Assembly: GCF_006345805.1 (NCBI RefSeq) | Contig: NW_021834539.1 | Location: forward strand, 1-46,060 | Direction of reading: 5' to 3' | Source: Octopus sinensis | Lineage: Eukaryota | DNA: 46,060 bases | Shown here: piece after piece, positions 12,242 to 23,558 of the stretch | Layout: each line of letters begins with the position of its first letter | How positions within the stretch are numbered: the stretch's first letter is position 1 | The notes under the pieces: model-generated | What the model saw: only the letters and a program-made list of their open reading frames with translations | Told to the model about the DNA's origin: nothing | Database searches by the model: none | Position numbers and translations under genes: made by a program

Positions 12242-12322
12242 GACGATGTGGCCGAGTGGTTAAGGCGGCAGACTGCTAATCTGTTGGGTTATCCCGCGTG
12301 GGTTCGAATCCCACCGTCGTCG
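12242..12322 (+). tRNA. tRNA-Ser(GCT)
   Basis: Acceptor GACGATG/CGTCGTC, anticodon arm GCAGA-CTGCTAA-TCTGT, long variable arm, GTGGG-TTCGAAT-CCCAC, G discriminator, followed by a T-run terminator. Confidence 0.97.
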
Positions 12323-12899
12323 TTTTTATTTTTTTTTATTAATTTTTATTTAAGGTTACAAAATGCAAATAAATAAGGTTATAAAATGAAGAAGAATTAA
12401 ACATGTGTACAGAAGCCTGGTTTTTTTTGCGGAGTATGGAAATCGAAATTCTTTGCCAGAGTCTTTATGATTCTCGAGGCTCACTTCTGTAGGATCGATT
12501 TTTCTCCCTATATCGCGGATGAAAACTGTCGCGAGGATTTATAATCAACTGGTTAGTTAGTTTATCCAATTAAGTCGTATCCGACCCTTAGAGATCTCTT
12601 AAGCCTATTTTCTCTACACTTCTCCGTCAATTCCGTGACGTATTATGCCGATTATACCTATCGAGTCCTCTGTCTACCGGAATTTTTCTTTGCAGTAATG
12701 ATTATTTCCAATAAATCAGAGCAGGAGACATTTTCAAAGAAAACCAATGGTCCAAGCTGCGAACTTGTGTGATTATTTGTGACGCAGATTTGGGATTTGA
12801 TGTTTTGCAGTTTGTAACGAATTAATCGTAGGAGAATTTGCTCACAAGATTTTTTGACAGTTATGATCAATTAAATCAAATGCACCATTTTTATCGGAA

Positions 12900-13110
12900 C
12901 TTTTTCCTAGTGAAGCCAATAAGGAGAATAGTCAAAAGCCTAAGGATCAGCTCAAAAACATCTGGCTGCGTATTGAATGGAAGTTTCCGCAATAACACAG
13001 CGACCGAGATTCGGTGAAAAAGCCACTTCCCTTCGGTCATTTTTTCAATGAGATTCTCCTACCAATGTCTGTGAGGAGTTGAGTCGCATCCTTGCCGACG
13101 ATTCCTGACG
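12900..13110 (-). mobile_element. CRE-clade retrotransposon 3' end fragment
   Basis: LLTDIGRRIS... matches the C-terminal RLE helix of CRE elements; clearly similar to 17285-17410. Confidence 0.55.
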
Positions 13111-13199
13111 TTACAAAGGCAGGGGGCAAACTCGAAAGCGTCCGGAATACAGGGGTATTTTGTTTTCTTTGAATCTTCGGTCTGAGTATTGGCGAAGCT

Positions 13200-15060
13200 C
13201 ATGTACCTTAAGGTTTTGAAAAGTCAAAATAAAATTAGTACTTAATTAGTGTATCTGCTTTCAGTAGATTTTCCTTTTCTTCGAGCTCGAACCAACGTCT
13301 TCGACAAACACATTTATCCTTTTTACAGGGTAGACCACATCTGTAGTTGTTCTCGAGTCCGTTTCTATGGTCACACTCGGGAAGCTTCCTCCCTAGTTGC
13401 CTTTGTAAACCTCGTCATTTGACGATTTTCGGGTAGCTACATTCCATGCTTATATTCTGTACTCATGTTCTGCAATATTTTTCGAATAACCACAGACTGA
13501 ATTTAAGCTTGTGTGGGTCCTTCGAGACCAACTGAGTCACAGTGATGTTTTTAGAATTTACTCACACCACCGTCCCACGTTAGTACCAGTGATACTATAG
13601 TTATTTTTGCGTCGAGGATTACTCCCAATTCACTGGCATTTTACTTTTGCAGCTTTTCCACCTTAACTTGCTTTAAGTTTTTTTGGAAAGTGATCGACAA
13701 TCTCAATAAGCGTGATTGTTGTCTTCATTTTGTCGAATACGAAGATGTCCGGCTTGTTATTCTTGATTCTCAGATCCGTACTTATTGTCGTGTAAAAACA
13801 GAGTTATTTGCAACTATTGGCTAAACAGAATGAGTTTTTAATCCCCAGGATTTTTTAATTCCATACTACGTGCATAAATACAGATGTATATACTTCATTA
13901 CTTCGTTTTGTTTTCTTAGGTAGTCACTATTTAGCATTCAACTACATGTCGTCGCTAAGTGATCAATTGTCTTTGTGGCTGAGTTACAGTGACTGCACAA
14001 TGCTCCCGCATTGTCGAAAAATAGGTTACGGTCCTGTATTAGACATAGAAGCTTCTCGGTTTTCGAGAAGTTATTTCCACGAGATAACTAATGAGGGGAT
14101 TTACCAATATCGACGTTGGGATCATTTAAACACTCAAAGAGAATTGCATGGAATGGTGTTTTCCTTATTTTTCAATCAAGCAGTTCTTCTGCATTTCTCT
14201 CAGAATGTTCAAATTAAGGTCCCCAGTTTCGTGGATGTTGTATTTGCGCTTGAGGTATTTCACGATTTGGTCAAATGTGTTTTCTTTGCATGAATGACCC
14301 GCAGAATCTTATCTTTCCTTAGGCAGTAACAACACTTTTTCTCAAGATCACGGAGGAATTGGAGAAGTATTCGTTCACTTTTGTAGACAGTGGATACGAG
14401 TCCTCTTCCGAATTGACTTCTTGGGAGGTTAAGCCTTTCTTTGTTTGCAGGTTTCAAGTGAATTTGGTGTTGTACAAAGCTATTGCGCACATTTTTGTCA
14501 ATCTGTTCAAGTTCAGTTGACTCAATATTGACGAGCCTAATGTAGCAGTTGTAGAGAGATAATGCGTGCTCATTAATGCCTTCACATAAGTTGCAAGAGT
14601 TTAATTTTGTCTTCGAAAGATTGTCGATCCTTTTTTTAATTTTTCAAAGAGTGTGTTCAGTACTTCCCTTTCAATTCTTCAATCTTCTAGGATTCCAAGG
14701 TGTCTGTAACCATCTAGCCCATCAAGGAATTTAGCTTCCGACCGAAAGTCAGTCAGGATAATTCCGGACTTTTCGACATTTTTTTCAGTCCGGCGGCTCC
14801 AAAGAAATTATTTACCTCGTACATCATACTCATCATTTTATTTTCTTTTCATGAAAATATTTTTAGGTCATCCATAAAAAGTAGGTGGTTTGTTTTGTAT
14901 GTAATAAAACCGTGGTCTTAATTATCCATCATAACTTTTGGGTAATTTTCGTTCAGAATTCTACTGAAGGGGTCCATTACAAGTGCAAAGATTTGAGGTG
15001 ACAAAAAATCACCCGGAAGTATTTCCCTTTCCATTTTTACCTCTCCGATTACGTACTAGT
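13200..15060 (-). mobile_element. 5'-truncated R4/Dong-like retrotransposon (RT, zinc knuckle, RLE)
   Basis: Collinear ERGILPGDFLSP, NHLLFMDDLK, HLKPANKERLNLPRSQFGRGL, zinc knuckle and RLE remnants. Multiple frameshifts. Confidence 0.85.
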
Positions 15061-15216
15061 TCAGGGTTAAAGAAAAAATGTAAAAAATATCATTTGAAAA
15101 AAAGTCCATCTATAAATTAGAATCAGATTAATTATATAAACAACACATATAATGAAAATTATGCAATATGAAACTTTTTTAAAAAATAAGCCAATTAAAA
15201 AACAATATTGTAAAAT

Positions 15217-15288
15217 CTCCCCGACCGGGAATCGAACCCGGGCCACCGCGATGACAACGCGGCATACTAACCATTATACTATCGGGGA
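15217..15288 (-). tRNA. tRNA-Asp(GTC)
   Basis: 72-nt cloverleaf TCCCCGA.../TCGGGGA-G, anticodon arm CCGCG-TTGTCAT-CGCGG, GGTTCGATTCC B-box, downstream T-runs. Confidence 0.97.
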
Positions 15289-15329
15289 CATTTGATAATT
15301 TTATGGCTATTTTCTCCATTTATATAAAT

Positions 15330-15700
15330 AAATTCACACTCCTTTATAATGTCACCCCGCTTATTGCCACGTCATTTTTTGATTCTTCTTTGAATTTGTC
15401 TTTATAATGCCAAACTCCGCCACTCAGTTATTGCCACGTCAAATCATGTGTCTTATCAGATATTACGCCGTTCAAATTTTTAAATACAAATTTCGCTGTC
15501 TTTTATAATTTGTTCGATAATAGGAAGTTTCACAGTAAAATAAAATTTACAGCACTTCTAATGAAGCTTTAGTATTCCCCATTGGCATTCTTAGTCAATA
15601 GCGAATGCCAGTCTCTTCATCTCCATTTCATTGTCCAAACAGATAACCAATTTGTGTTTTTCGTTATTCTCGTCCTTTAGATAGAGACTATGAATTAGGA
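15330..15700 (-). mobile_element. Probable pogo/Tigger end remnant
   Basis: Two copies of ctttataatg(t/c)ca...ttattgccacgtca (~15340-15380, ~15400-15442), similar to the ttattgccacc motif of the Tigger end at 20362-20712. Confidence 0.35.
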
Positions 15701-15989
15701 ATATCAAATATACCGATCATCAATTATCATAAATTGATTTGCTTTTTTAATAAGTTTGTATTTTTCGGATTTAGATGTAGTTTGTATGGGTATTTGGAGT
15801 AATGCATTTACAATATTTTAGTATTCACTGTCATTTTTCACGTAACCTAAGGATTGAGACTATACTAATACAACATCTTTTGGAAGATACCATTTTTTAA
15901 TTAAAATAACGCTAAATACTTTTTATAGTAAATTATTTTCGTTTTTAATTGAATGTCACGTCTGTTACGGATGTCTTTATCGCGTTTTA

Positions 15990-16330
15990 CAACTTTCGCG
16001 ACGTCCCCTACTTTTTCACTTGGGAGATTTAACACAAGAGGACTGAAATTCATTTACAAGCAGCACCAACTTGCACGGGATCTCTGGAATCTTAATGTCA
16101 GTGTCCGCTGTCTCCAAGAGACGAAGACGACCGAGGAAAACATCACACTGGCCGGCACTTGTCGACACTATGGCCTGGGAACATGGGCGATGAAGTTTGG
16201 AGACAAACCTAATTCTATTATATTAATTATCAACATATATGCGCCAACGGGAGCGAGAGTTAACTCTAATCCTGAAGAGCTGGACGAATTTTATTCCGAG
16301 AGGCGCTTGAAGAAGGTTGTGGGACAGTAT
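15990..16330 (+). mobile_element. RTE-type apurinic-like endonuclease fragment
   Basis: FNTRGL...CLQETK...IINIYAPT...DEFY exonuclease-endonuclease-phosphatase motifs, with an internal deletion. Confidence 0.8.
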
Positions 16331-17236
16331 TGTTGTTCACACGGCACAAGGGAAGCTTAATTAGTTTTATGACTTCTCGGGAATGCTTTTAATAATAATT
16401 GAATGTCAAACCATGTAGGTCACGCTGTCAACTATGTAGGTCGCCTTGGTCGCCAGCGTGGGGGGGCGACACAATATATTAAACATATTAAAAGGGAATA
16501 TCGGGATTGTCAAAAAATAGTTATAGACAGTCAACGATTATGGAGTTTTTTAATAAATATTAAATATTTTGTTTTTAATTAATTTTAGCTGGGTAGCGTT
16601 ATAATTTTACCCAGCTTTTTTTTCTTGAGATGAGAAATGCCTGTTTGTGATTCTAATAGTTGATTGAATCAATTGAAAATTTTTTTAATTGTGAAAAAGT
16701 ATGTCCAAACGAAAATAAATTTTGAAGTCAGTGTAAAACTAGAGTCTTTTCTGATGATTGTTTCAATCACTTCTATTACTCCTGAAGTGATTTAAAGACT
16801 GTTTCAAAGTAGAAAATTAAAAGCAAGACAGGTTAGACATTCTATTTTTTGATAAAAGTTTTCATAAAATTTACGATCCCGTTCGGAATTCCGGATTGAT
16901 CAATCACCTGAAATAAAAATTAATGATTGATAATGTCAAATGCTTTTTGACATCTATCCACGTTGTAAATATGTTATTTTTATACTCACTATTGAGATTT
17001 TGGCTGATCTGCATCATGATTTAATATACGTAGAGAAAATCCTAAACAACTATGATGAAAAAATCAAAATCACGGAAGTTGGAAAACGATCGTTACGAAA
17101 GTCTTATCGTGTTTGGCACATGTAGAAATATGACTTTCAGTTTATGTTCCTAAGGAATGTGATATAGTAATTCTTAATTGACACTATTTACATTATTTTT
17201 TTTCATTTACAAAAATAAACAATATATGCTAGCTGG

Positions 17237-17452
17237 GTGAGTAGCTAAGAGAATAGTCGAGTCTAGGAGTCAGTTCGACGACGCTGAACTGCGTATTGAC
17301 TGGCAGTTTCCGCGGAGCACAGCGACTGAGATTCGCTGGAAAAGCTAGCTCGTCTCACTCCGTCGTTTGTAATCGAAGTGATTCTTCTACCAATGTCGGT
17401 GAGGAGTTGTCGGTGAAGAGTTAGGCTCTCGACTATTCTCTTAGCTATTCAC
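17237..17452. mobile_element. CRE-derived fold-back unit with 25-bp inverted ends
   Basis: gtgagtagctaagagaatagtcgag (17237-17261) versus the reverse complement of 17428-17452: 24/25 identical. They enclose a minus-strand CRE 3' fragment. Confidence 0.7.
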
Positions 17453-17934
17453 TTGGCATCTAATTAGGTTATTGGATTCTTTCTTCTTATTAATAAAGGA
17501 AATACTTAGCAAGTAATAATTGGTGCAATTTTTTAAATTTTCGATCTAATATTCATAAAAATTTTCATTAATTCATTTAGTGGCTATTTTCGTGCAGAGA
17601 AATGCAAAAGTACCTAATAATTTTTACTCTCAACTCATTTAATGCGATAAATTCCTTTAAAATTTGGAAAAAAATTTTGATTTGCTGAAAATAATATTTA
17701 TAAACATTCCCAAAAATGCAATGAATCAAAGATGTAGAAAAATGTTGCAGTTATGTTGAAATTTTCTAACCAAACTTTAATTACAAATTTATCATATTTT
17801 TATTGGTTCTAGAACCTTGATTGCACTTTTCTAAAACTATTTTTAATCTACATCCAACATAAACCGATACCGAAAAAGAGATATACAGCTTAAAAAATAA
17901 TAAAATTAAAACTCAATCTATTTAAAAATTTAAA

Positions 17935-19457
17935 TCAGACTGACTCCATTCTCGCCTTTTCCTTTAACCTAAAAAATTCAGAGAGCCTCCCTTTCTCCCA
18001 CCCCTCTCTAAAACTCGTGGATAAAACAAAGACCCATCTCGAGGAGGACCTTCAACAGAGTAAAAGGTATCCAAAGCATCCGCAAGCCGAGAATTCATTT
18101 GTGAACAAACGGGAACTATCAAATCCTCGTCCAACGGCTTATAATCAAAATCGTCAATCTTAGGTAAATTACTTAAATATGTACATTTATTAAATTCATC
18201 ATAAACGATGCAGGCAAATCGTAATATTTGGTTTCAACTGTAAATCCGGGTGGTAGCATCGAAGTATCAACATAAACTAATATTAAAAAGTAGAAAATTC
18301 CAATGCACACTTTTATTGTAGTTGGCAACCATATTTTTGACTTCTATGCACAATTCGTACAATTTTTCAGTAAATTTTTGTTCGGTTTCCTCAAGAACAT
18401 CTTCCAATTGAGAAGCATATTCACTGAAACATTTTTTCTATAGTTAAAACAAATCACAGGTACTCTATAATTTTCTATATAACTCATTGGATCGTTTAAT
18501 TCCTATAATTATGTTCATATTTATTTACCGCCAAAATTTTTTCGTCAAAATATCCATTCGAACTCCAAATTGGCAAGAGCTAATAATTCAAAAATCAAAA
18601 ATACCCTTTCAAGTTTTTGTCGCTGATTTTCAAATTTTGCCGCCTCAAAAGTTGCCGAAAATGCCGGAGTTATAACTTTAGCAAGTATTTGCTTTAGATG
18701 ATTCATATTTTTCCGTTTGCTAAATAAATTGTCAAATAATTTACCAGTGGTGGGCAAAGTCGTTAAGTAAGTAAACCAAATGGAGTTTATGGATGAAATC
18801 CAACTTTGGTGACAAAATACGTAAAAGAATATAATTTATTATGTAGTAGACAGACCTATTGTTTTCTCTGTAAATTTTGAGAATCCAATTTTTACTGTTC
18901 TAAAATTTAATTTAGTTTTAATAATTCGTTTATATAATTAGTAAAAATATTAATAAAAAATTAACGTAAATTGAATCTCTTGTGCAACTGTCGATAACGG
19001 GATTTAAATAGGTGTCCAATTCAATTAACAGTGACTTGTCAAGAGATCGCATTATTTCATTGAATCTGAGACTTTCGAGAGTCTCTAAAAGACGAACTTG
19101 TTGCTTGGAGCATAAATCATTGTAAAATTCTTCCAAATTTTGTTCCACCAATTTAATTTCGTCGATCAATGCATTTGGGATTTTAAGATTTTCTGTTAAT
19201 AGATGGCGATATGAAATAAAGAGATTTTCCCTGTTTTTTAGTCTTTTTTGTCTGATTAAATCATTATAATATTTAGAATGTTTTCCATCGAAAAGAAATG
19301 AAAAATCTAGATTGTTTTTCTGTTGTTGTTTCAAGTAATTTTCAAACTTGAGTCCATTTTTGATTACAAATTCGGCGCATTGGTCAATAATGAATTTTTG
19401 TTTAGAATCTAATATTAGATTTTGTTACCAATTATAACTATAACCGGGTTCAACCAT
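17935..19457 (-). CDS. CHERP: CHERP-like splicing factor (SURP, CID, conserved CHERP core), 410 aa, no RS/G-patch tail seen
   Basis: Nine GT-AG introns (36, 66, 25, 25, 26, 26, 34, 26, 26 nt) give a 1233-nt CDS. Contains IDQCAEFVIKNG...DFSFLF (SURP), LNPVIDSCTRDSI...KNWIL...KLHLVYLLND (CID), YYDLPASFM...DYKPLD...FYS...PRDGEGWE...EFFR. Confidence 0.92.
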
Positions 19458-19719
19458 TACCACATCAAAATAATTTAAGTTTTTATATACGACAACTTTA
19501 TTAACAAAAACCATTTATATCTTTTAAATTAAAATAAATATTACAAAATTATTTGCTCAGTCGGATTCTCATCGATCTAAAAACCCGCTGGTATCAATGA
19601 AACATTGTAAAGCGTCAGGATTTGATAATTACGTTTGTTCTACATAGCAGAAGTTTTTTGACTGATATGTGAAATGTTCAGATATGACTGAAACGTACTT
19701 TATGCCTTTGTCAGCGACG

Positions 19720-20020
19720 AAACGTGCTACGCATGATGTCATGAAGTCGATAAAAATAACGAAATTACTATGTTCCGTTTCCTAGATAATCTTTTACTGA
19801 GAAAGGACGCTATTTTAAAAGATTCAAAAAATCACCAACCTTTTAATACTGCGCATAAACCGAAGTTCCCAAAGCTTGAAGAGAAGTTGAATGGACGGGG
19901 TAATAGAGTCTAAAGGTGCTTTCGGAAAAATCAATTTTTAGGTTGTTTTGTGAATTATGCCTTAAATACACGGAAAATGAAAGAAATAAAAAAACAATTA
20001 AGAATTGAATTTAATTTTAA
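19720..20020 (+). mobile_element. pogo/Tigger HTH fragment with a 26-nt intron (19916-19941)
   Basis: KPKFPKLEEKL...ESKG|intron|CFVN matches the CENP-B HTH; similar to 30715-30850. Confidence 0.6.
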
Positions 20021-20220
20021 TAAAACTTAAATACGTTTTTTTGTTAATTTATGACATTAAAAAAATATTTTCTAATTTTTTTAAACTTTATAGATTTTAT
20101 TTTTTCAAATTGGCCACAAAATTGGTCAATCTGTGAGGGTCGAGCACGGATTAAACATAGTGATTCAGTTATTATTGTGTTAAACAATGCACTGGCTCAC
20201 AGTAGCATCAAATCCAAAAA

Positions 20221-20264
20221 ATCTGTTTGGTTTTCCCACGTGGGTTTGAATCCCATCGTTGTCA
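20221..20264 (+). pseudogene. 3'-half tRNA-Ser pseudogene
   Basis: 37/44 identical to 12279-12322. The B-box TTCGA has become TTTGA and the 5' half is absent, replaced by an IS630 DDE shard (VIIVLNNALAH). A T-run follows. Confidence 0.8.
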
Positions 20265-20361
20265 ATTTTTTACTTTTATAATTTTTAGAGAGCCGCATTT
20301 CTAACACGTACGCACCACAACATCACTATCTGGCACCTGAAAGAGACCAAAGTCAAAGAAG

Positions 20362-20712
20362 TACAGGCAACCCTTTATTTATTGCCACCAACGGGATTGA
20401 CCAAAATAGTAAAAAAAAGCGAGATGGTAAAAAAGAAGTTACAAGTTTGAGTGACATCTTATCATGTTTTTTAGTCAAAATAAAGGAAATAAATTTTATT
20501 TGAGAATATTTTAAGGAACAGCAGTTACATAATCTAATACAGTCAATCCTCTTCTTATTGCCACCAACGGGACCAACTAAAATAATTGCAAAAAAAGAGG
20601 TGATAAAAGAGGTTTAAAGCTTGAATGTCATTTTATTATGTTTTTTAGTCAAAATAAAGAAAATAAGTTTTTATTCGAGAACATTTTTAGGAACAGAAGT
20701 TAAATAATCAAA
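20362..20712. repeat. ~175-bp tandem duplication of a Tigger terminus
   Basis: Two diverged units start TA-CAG(G/T)CAA(C/T)CC(T) at 20362 and 20537 and share ttattgccaccaacggga and atgttttttagtcaaaataaag. Acidic Tigger-like remnant to ~21070. Confidence 0.8.
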
Positions 20713-21348
20713 TAATGTTTTTTTCTTTTCTCCGTTCCTTGTTTAGTATGTTTTCAATAGTTTTCAATGCAACTAAGCATTCACAGCATCTTCCAATTTA
20801 ATTTTTAAATTTTCGGTATCTTCTATTTCCATTTCACATTCCTTCAATTCTTCGTCATTGCTAAGAATGCTGTTGTCAATTAGCCGATCTATTTTTCCTA
20901 TATCGATCTTTTGGATTTCTTCCTAATCAGCTACATTAATAATGTTTAGTTTATTTAGTAATTCTCCGAATCCTTCGATTTCAAACGGAAAATCATCAAA
21001 AATTCGAATCGTGAAGCATGTTTTATTTCAGAAATTTTTGATAGTTATATGTTAAGGTCAATTAATTTTTATGACAAAAAAATTATTTATTCATTTGAAT
21101 ATTTAATTAATTTTATTCCATGTGTTTTTGTTATTTGATTGTAATTGTCAATCGCAAATTGATTTATTCTCATGTCCATATGGATTTACCAAATATACTG
21201 GATCTGAAAACGTCGATAAAGCGCAGTGCATGCGACGTCATAATGGGAAACAACTCTTTGAAGCCGTCATAATTAAAAAGACGTAAGGAAACTAATTACC
21301 CATAAAATGTTGACACTTTTGAAAGTTTTATTGCAAAGAGAACTAAAT

Positions 21349-21965
21349 ACACTCAAACCTCTCAAATTGGCCATTTTTAACAATTTACCTCTGGAAAATT
21401 GAAAAAACTCTGCAAAATGGCCAACTCTCAAATTGGCCACACATTTTAATTTTTTTGTACTATAATTTTTTTTTTCAAAATTTTTTTTAATAAATTTAAA
21501 TTTTATTAATAAAATTTGTACCATATGTCTTCTCGTAATAATTATACTCGTCCGAATTTTAATCAGAAAATATAAATTTTATCCTATAAAAAAGAGAATT
21601 CTCATTTTTCTTGTCAGCGTTTGGCCGAAAGATTTTGTTTTTTGTTTAATAAAGATGGTGGTCCAGTAATTATTGTGTTGGACAATGCACCAGCCCACAA
21701 TTGTATTGAAGGAGTTCTTCAATTGGAAGAATTTAATGACTTTTATATTCTTCGTATCGGTTCGTACAGTCCAATGCTTAACCCCATCGAAAATTTATGG
21801 TCAATGCTGGCACAGGTGCGGATAAAGCAGAGGACATCAAGAAGAAGAAATATGATGGGCTCACAGATCGTTACGTTTTCCGGCCGGTTGCTGTCGAAAC
21901 CCTGGGATCGATTGGGAAGGAGTCGTTGTGCTTCCTCAAGTGTATTGGACGTCCCAAGACCTTGA
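21349..21965 (+). mobile_element. Three-part chimera: Tigger left end and HTH, IS630 DDE segment, CRE RLE segment
   Basis: TA-CACTCAAACCTCTCAAATTGGCC TIR at 21349, then degraded MSSRNNY...QRLAERF, then KDGGPVIIVLDNAPAH...LNPIENLWS (21650-21804), then AEDIKKKKYDGLTDRYVFRPVAVETLG. Confidence 0.8.
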
Positions 21966-22226
21966 GAACACACAATCCTCTGGAGACGAGATGGCTCTCT
22001 CCAGAACGTGTCCCAAGCAATAGTAAGGGGGAACAGGATCGCCATCAGTTCTTCTTCTTTACATACAACTTCATTTGAATTAGAACACACATTCCGATTT
22101 TTATATAATGACTTTTCTTTTTCGCTGAGGATTGCATAATTATAAAAGTCACCGCCGGCTTCAACCATATCGACCCATTCCTTTAACTTGGAGTCAATAG
22201 CTTGGAATTTCAGATTTCGTGGTATA

Positions 22227-23143
22227 CACCTTTTTGGTATCAAATATTTGAACGGTGATGTCAAACGTCATTGTGGTTTCTAATATCCGAACTATGATGT
22301 CAAATATCCAGATGGTTATGTCAAATAACAAAATATTCATATAATTGGAGCCATTAATGAGAACAAATTAATATATTGGGAACGAAGACGCGCACATTTT
22401 AAAAAAGAGGATTGTCAACAATGGTTCAGAAATATGATCAGAAGTATAAATGAAAAATATTCAGAAATTTGTATTGTGATAGACAACGCACCGGCATATT
22501 CACAGTTAGAGAAAATGATTAGAGAAGAATTTCGAGATATTAAAATTACAAGATTGGAACCTTACAGTGCACCATTAAATCCAATAGAGGAATGCTGGAG
22601 CGTGTTTAAGAGTGAACTAAAAAGAAAAATGGCGACAACTGATTTGTTAATTACAGAAAATGGACCCACCCAAAAAGAAACCAGGCTACGAATTTTAGAA
22701 AGTTGCATAGACACTTGTATTTCTGCAATAACACCAAGAATTTGGTCACGTACATGCAATCATGTTCAGAAACATTTTCCAAGTATTATGGAGATGAACG
22801 ATTTAACTCCCGATGACAATATTTAGCAACTTAACATTAATTTCATTAATAAATATCATTTTTTCACTGATGTGCAAAAAATCAAAGATATTTATATTGT
22901 GTACTGTTGAGATCACGATTCAGATATTTGATATCAAGAAAAAATATAAGAACGGACGTTTGACGACACAGTTTGGATATTTGAAATCACAATGATGACG
23001 TTTGACATCACGGTTCGAATATTAAAACAACAATAATGACGTTTGAAATTACGGTTCGGATATTAGAAACCATAATAATGACGTTTGACATCATGGTTCA
23101 GATATTTGACATCCTAGTTCGGATATTCGTTACCAAAAAAGTG
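22227..23143 (+). mobile_element. Internally deleted IS630/Tc1-superfamily element with modular subterminal repeats
   Basis: TA flanks at 22225-26 and 23144-45; ends CACCTTTTTGGTA / CACTTTTTTGGTA (12/13). The ORF has IDNAP...LNPIE (34 residues between D and E). ~41-nt and ~21-nt repeat modules at both ends. Confidence 0.88.
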
Positions 23144-23558
23144 TAGAATTCAAATTTTCATTTAGAGCAAAAACTTTCTTTAGCTCTACTCCATTATCAA
23201 AATAATTTTTAATGATCGACGTTCGATTTCCTTCTTGAATAACAAGGAAAATATTTCGAAAACTCGGTATTTTTTACAGGTTTGTTTTTTGTGGAATATT
23301 CAATAATAGCGATTTTTTCTTTTAAAATCAGAGATTTTGAGCGATTATTGATTATCAGCGACATGGTTTTTCCAATAGAAATAGTCTGTATTTTGATGAA
23401 CTTATAAAAAACATAATGTTTTACCAAAGCACGGGATAAAAACACGTGATTAATTTATTAATGAATTAATTAAGCACTTAACTAAATTAATTAATAAACA
23501 TTGCTAAAAAATTTTAATAAGCCTGAAAAAGTGATAAAAAATAGGAAAATGGTAAATA

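Noticed and set aside
15217-15288. tRNA-Asp as the head of a SINE or LINE fusion
   Set aside because: The cloverleaf is intact, and T4 and T6 terminators lie between it and the retroelement.
17470-17910. Small plus-strand multi-exon gene between the CRE fold-back and CHERP
   Set aside because: Some GT/AG pairs exist, but I found no stop-free chain or recognisable motif.
21743-22264. 173-aa minus-strand ORF as a real gene
   Set aside because: It starts inside a transposon TIR and runs through a Tigger HTH shard and antisense CRE/IS630 sequence; an accidental chimera.
22900-23130. CRISPR-like array
   Set aside because: The repeats are contiguous, degenerate subterminal modules of a TA-flanked transposon with no unique spacers; the context is eukaryotic with no cas genes.
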